From a virus: DNA of 64,000 bases. The notes under the pieces were generated by a model. It had not been told where the DNA came from. It was given only the letters and a program-made list of their open reading frames with translations, and did no database searches. This document shows positions 63,011 to 64,000 of this stretch, piece by piece. The position numbers and the translations under genes are program-made. Each line of letters begins with the position of its first letter. The first letter of the stretch is position 1. The DNA lies in the IMG/VR virus record IMGVR_UViG_3300020469_000021, positions 32,001 through 96,000 of that record; one strand, written 5' to 3'.

Positions 63011-64000
63011 CTTGGGAGGAAGGCTCTAATCCTAATCCGGTAACAAAGGGTTCAGGACAGTTAAATAAACAATTGCTTGAGATTGAAGGCTACTTAGAAG
63101 AAAATGAAGCAAAGATTGAGCTTTATAAATTTTTGCGCAGTAACATGACTTTTACAGTTGACTTAATATCAGGAGTAAAACTGTTCCCATTTCAGCATTT
63201 AGCAATTAAAAGCATGTTTGAGTCAGATTACTTTATGGGAGTATGGTCAAGAGGAATGTCTAAATCTTTTACCACTGGAATATATGCTTTTTTAGATGCG
63301 ATTTTAAATCAAGGTGTCGAAATAGGTATTTTATCTAAGTCTTTTAGGCAGGCAAAGATGATATTTAAGAAGATAGAGGATATAGCCGCAAAGCCAGAAG
63401 CAGGATTTTTAGCGCAATGCATAACTAAAAAAAGTAAAAGCAATGATGAGTGGTTAATGGAAATCGGGTCTTCAAGAATTAGAGCTCTCCCTCTTGGTGA
63501 CGGAGATAAGCTTCGCGGATTTAGATTTCATCGTATAATTATAGATGAGTTTGCTCTGATGCCTGAAAGAATTTACAATGAGGTTATTGTTCCATTTCTT
63601 TCTGTTGTAGAAAATCCTACAGAAAGAGAAGATTTAGACCAAGCAGAAGAAGAGCTAATACTTCAAGGCAAAATGGATAAAAAAGATAAACACGTTTGGC
63701 CAAACAATAAATTAATTATGCTATCTTCTGCATGTTATAAGTTTGAATATATGTACAAGCTTTATGAGCAGTTTGAACAATTAATTAATGAGGCATCTCA
63801 AGACCCAACTTCTGCTAAAAGGGCTATAATGAAATTTAGTTATGACTGCGCTCCAAAACAGCTCTATGATCAAAATCTTATTACCCAAGCTAAATCTAGC
63901 ATGAGTCAAAGTCAGTTTGAAAGAGAGTTTGGCGCAATATTTACAGATGATAGCTCAGGGTACTTTAAAACATCAACAATGGCTGCCTGCACAATACCAG
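63007..64000 (+). CDS. terL: Terminase large subunit (5' part; runs off the window)
   Basis: Manual translation: LFPFQ, Walker A WSRGMSKS, SFRQAK, KLRG.R, Walker B IIIDE, motif III LSSA, FEREFGA.F. Confidence 0.88.
   Translation, partial: MTWEEGSNPNPVTKGSGQLNKQLLEIEGYLEENEAKIELYKFLRSNMTFTVDLISGVKLFPFQHLAIKSMFESDYFMGVWSRGMSKSFTTGIYAFLDAILNQGVEIGILSKSFRQAKMIFKKIEDIAAKPEAGFLAQCITKKSKSNDEWLMEIGSSRIRALPLGDGDKLRGFRFHRIIIDEFALMPERIYNEVIVPFLSVVENPTEREDLDQAEEELILQGKMDKKDKHVWPNNKLIMLSSACYKFEYMYKLYEQFEQLINEASQDPTSAKRAIMKFSYDCAPKQLYDQNLITQAKSSMSQSQFEREFGAIFTDDSSGYFKTSTMAACTIP

Overview
This window is a 64-kb segment of a large, AT-rich dsDNA tailed phage genome. It carries a terminase large subunit, rIIA/rIIB, ATP-dependent DNA ligase, RuvB, UvsE, PhoH and tRNA-Thr, and no cellular housekeeping operons. 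An IF-1 gene and an ECF sigma factor of PVC-like appearance suggest a Verrucomicrobiota host (inference). Layout: 1-13 kb holds auxiliary metabolic, glycosylation and translation genes. 13-52 kb is a + strand early/host-takeover region with more than 100 small genes, many with their own sigma70-like promoter placed so the mRNA is leaderless. 52-55.4 kb is a convergent - strand block. 55.9-64 kb holds PhoH, a possible lysis module, a phage sigma factor, an ERCC4 nuclease and the terminase. The most unusual signal is 11 dispersed copies (43.3-54.7 kb) of a fixed-length 69-bp element built as 27-bp palindrome + 15-bp GC palindrome + 27-bp palindrome. Each arm is two back-to-back IHF-consensus sites. 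The copies often supply the stop codon of the upstream gene and sit just before the next promoter, dividing the region into cassettes. Other notable signals are a ~600-nt structured non-coding locus, a tRNA-like RNA with a 43-nt anticodon-loop insertion followed by two multibranch RNAs, three promoter classes, and region-specific loss of CCAG/CTGG/CCGG/GGCC/ACGT. All calls are by eye from sequence motifs; no database searches were run.
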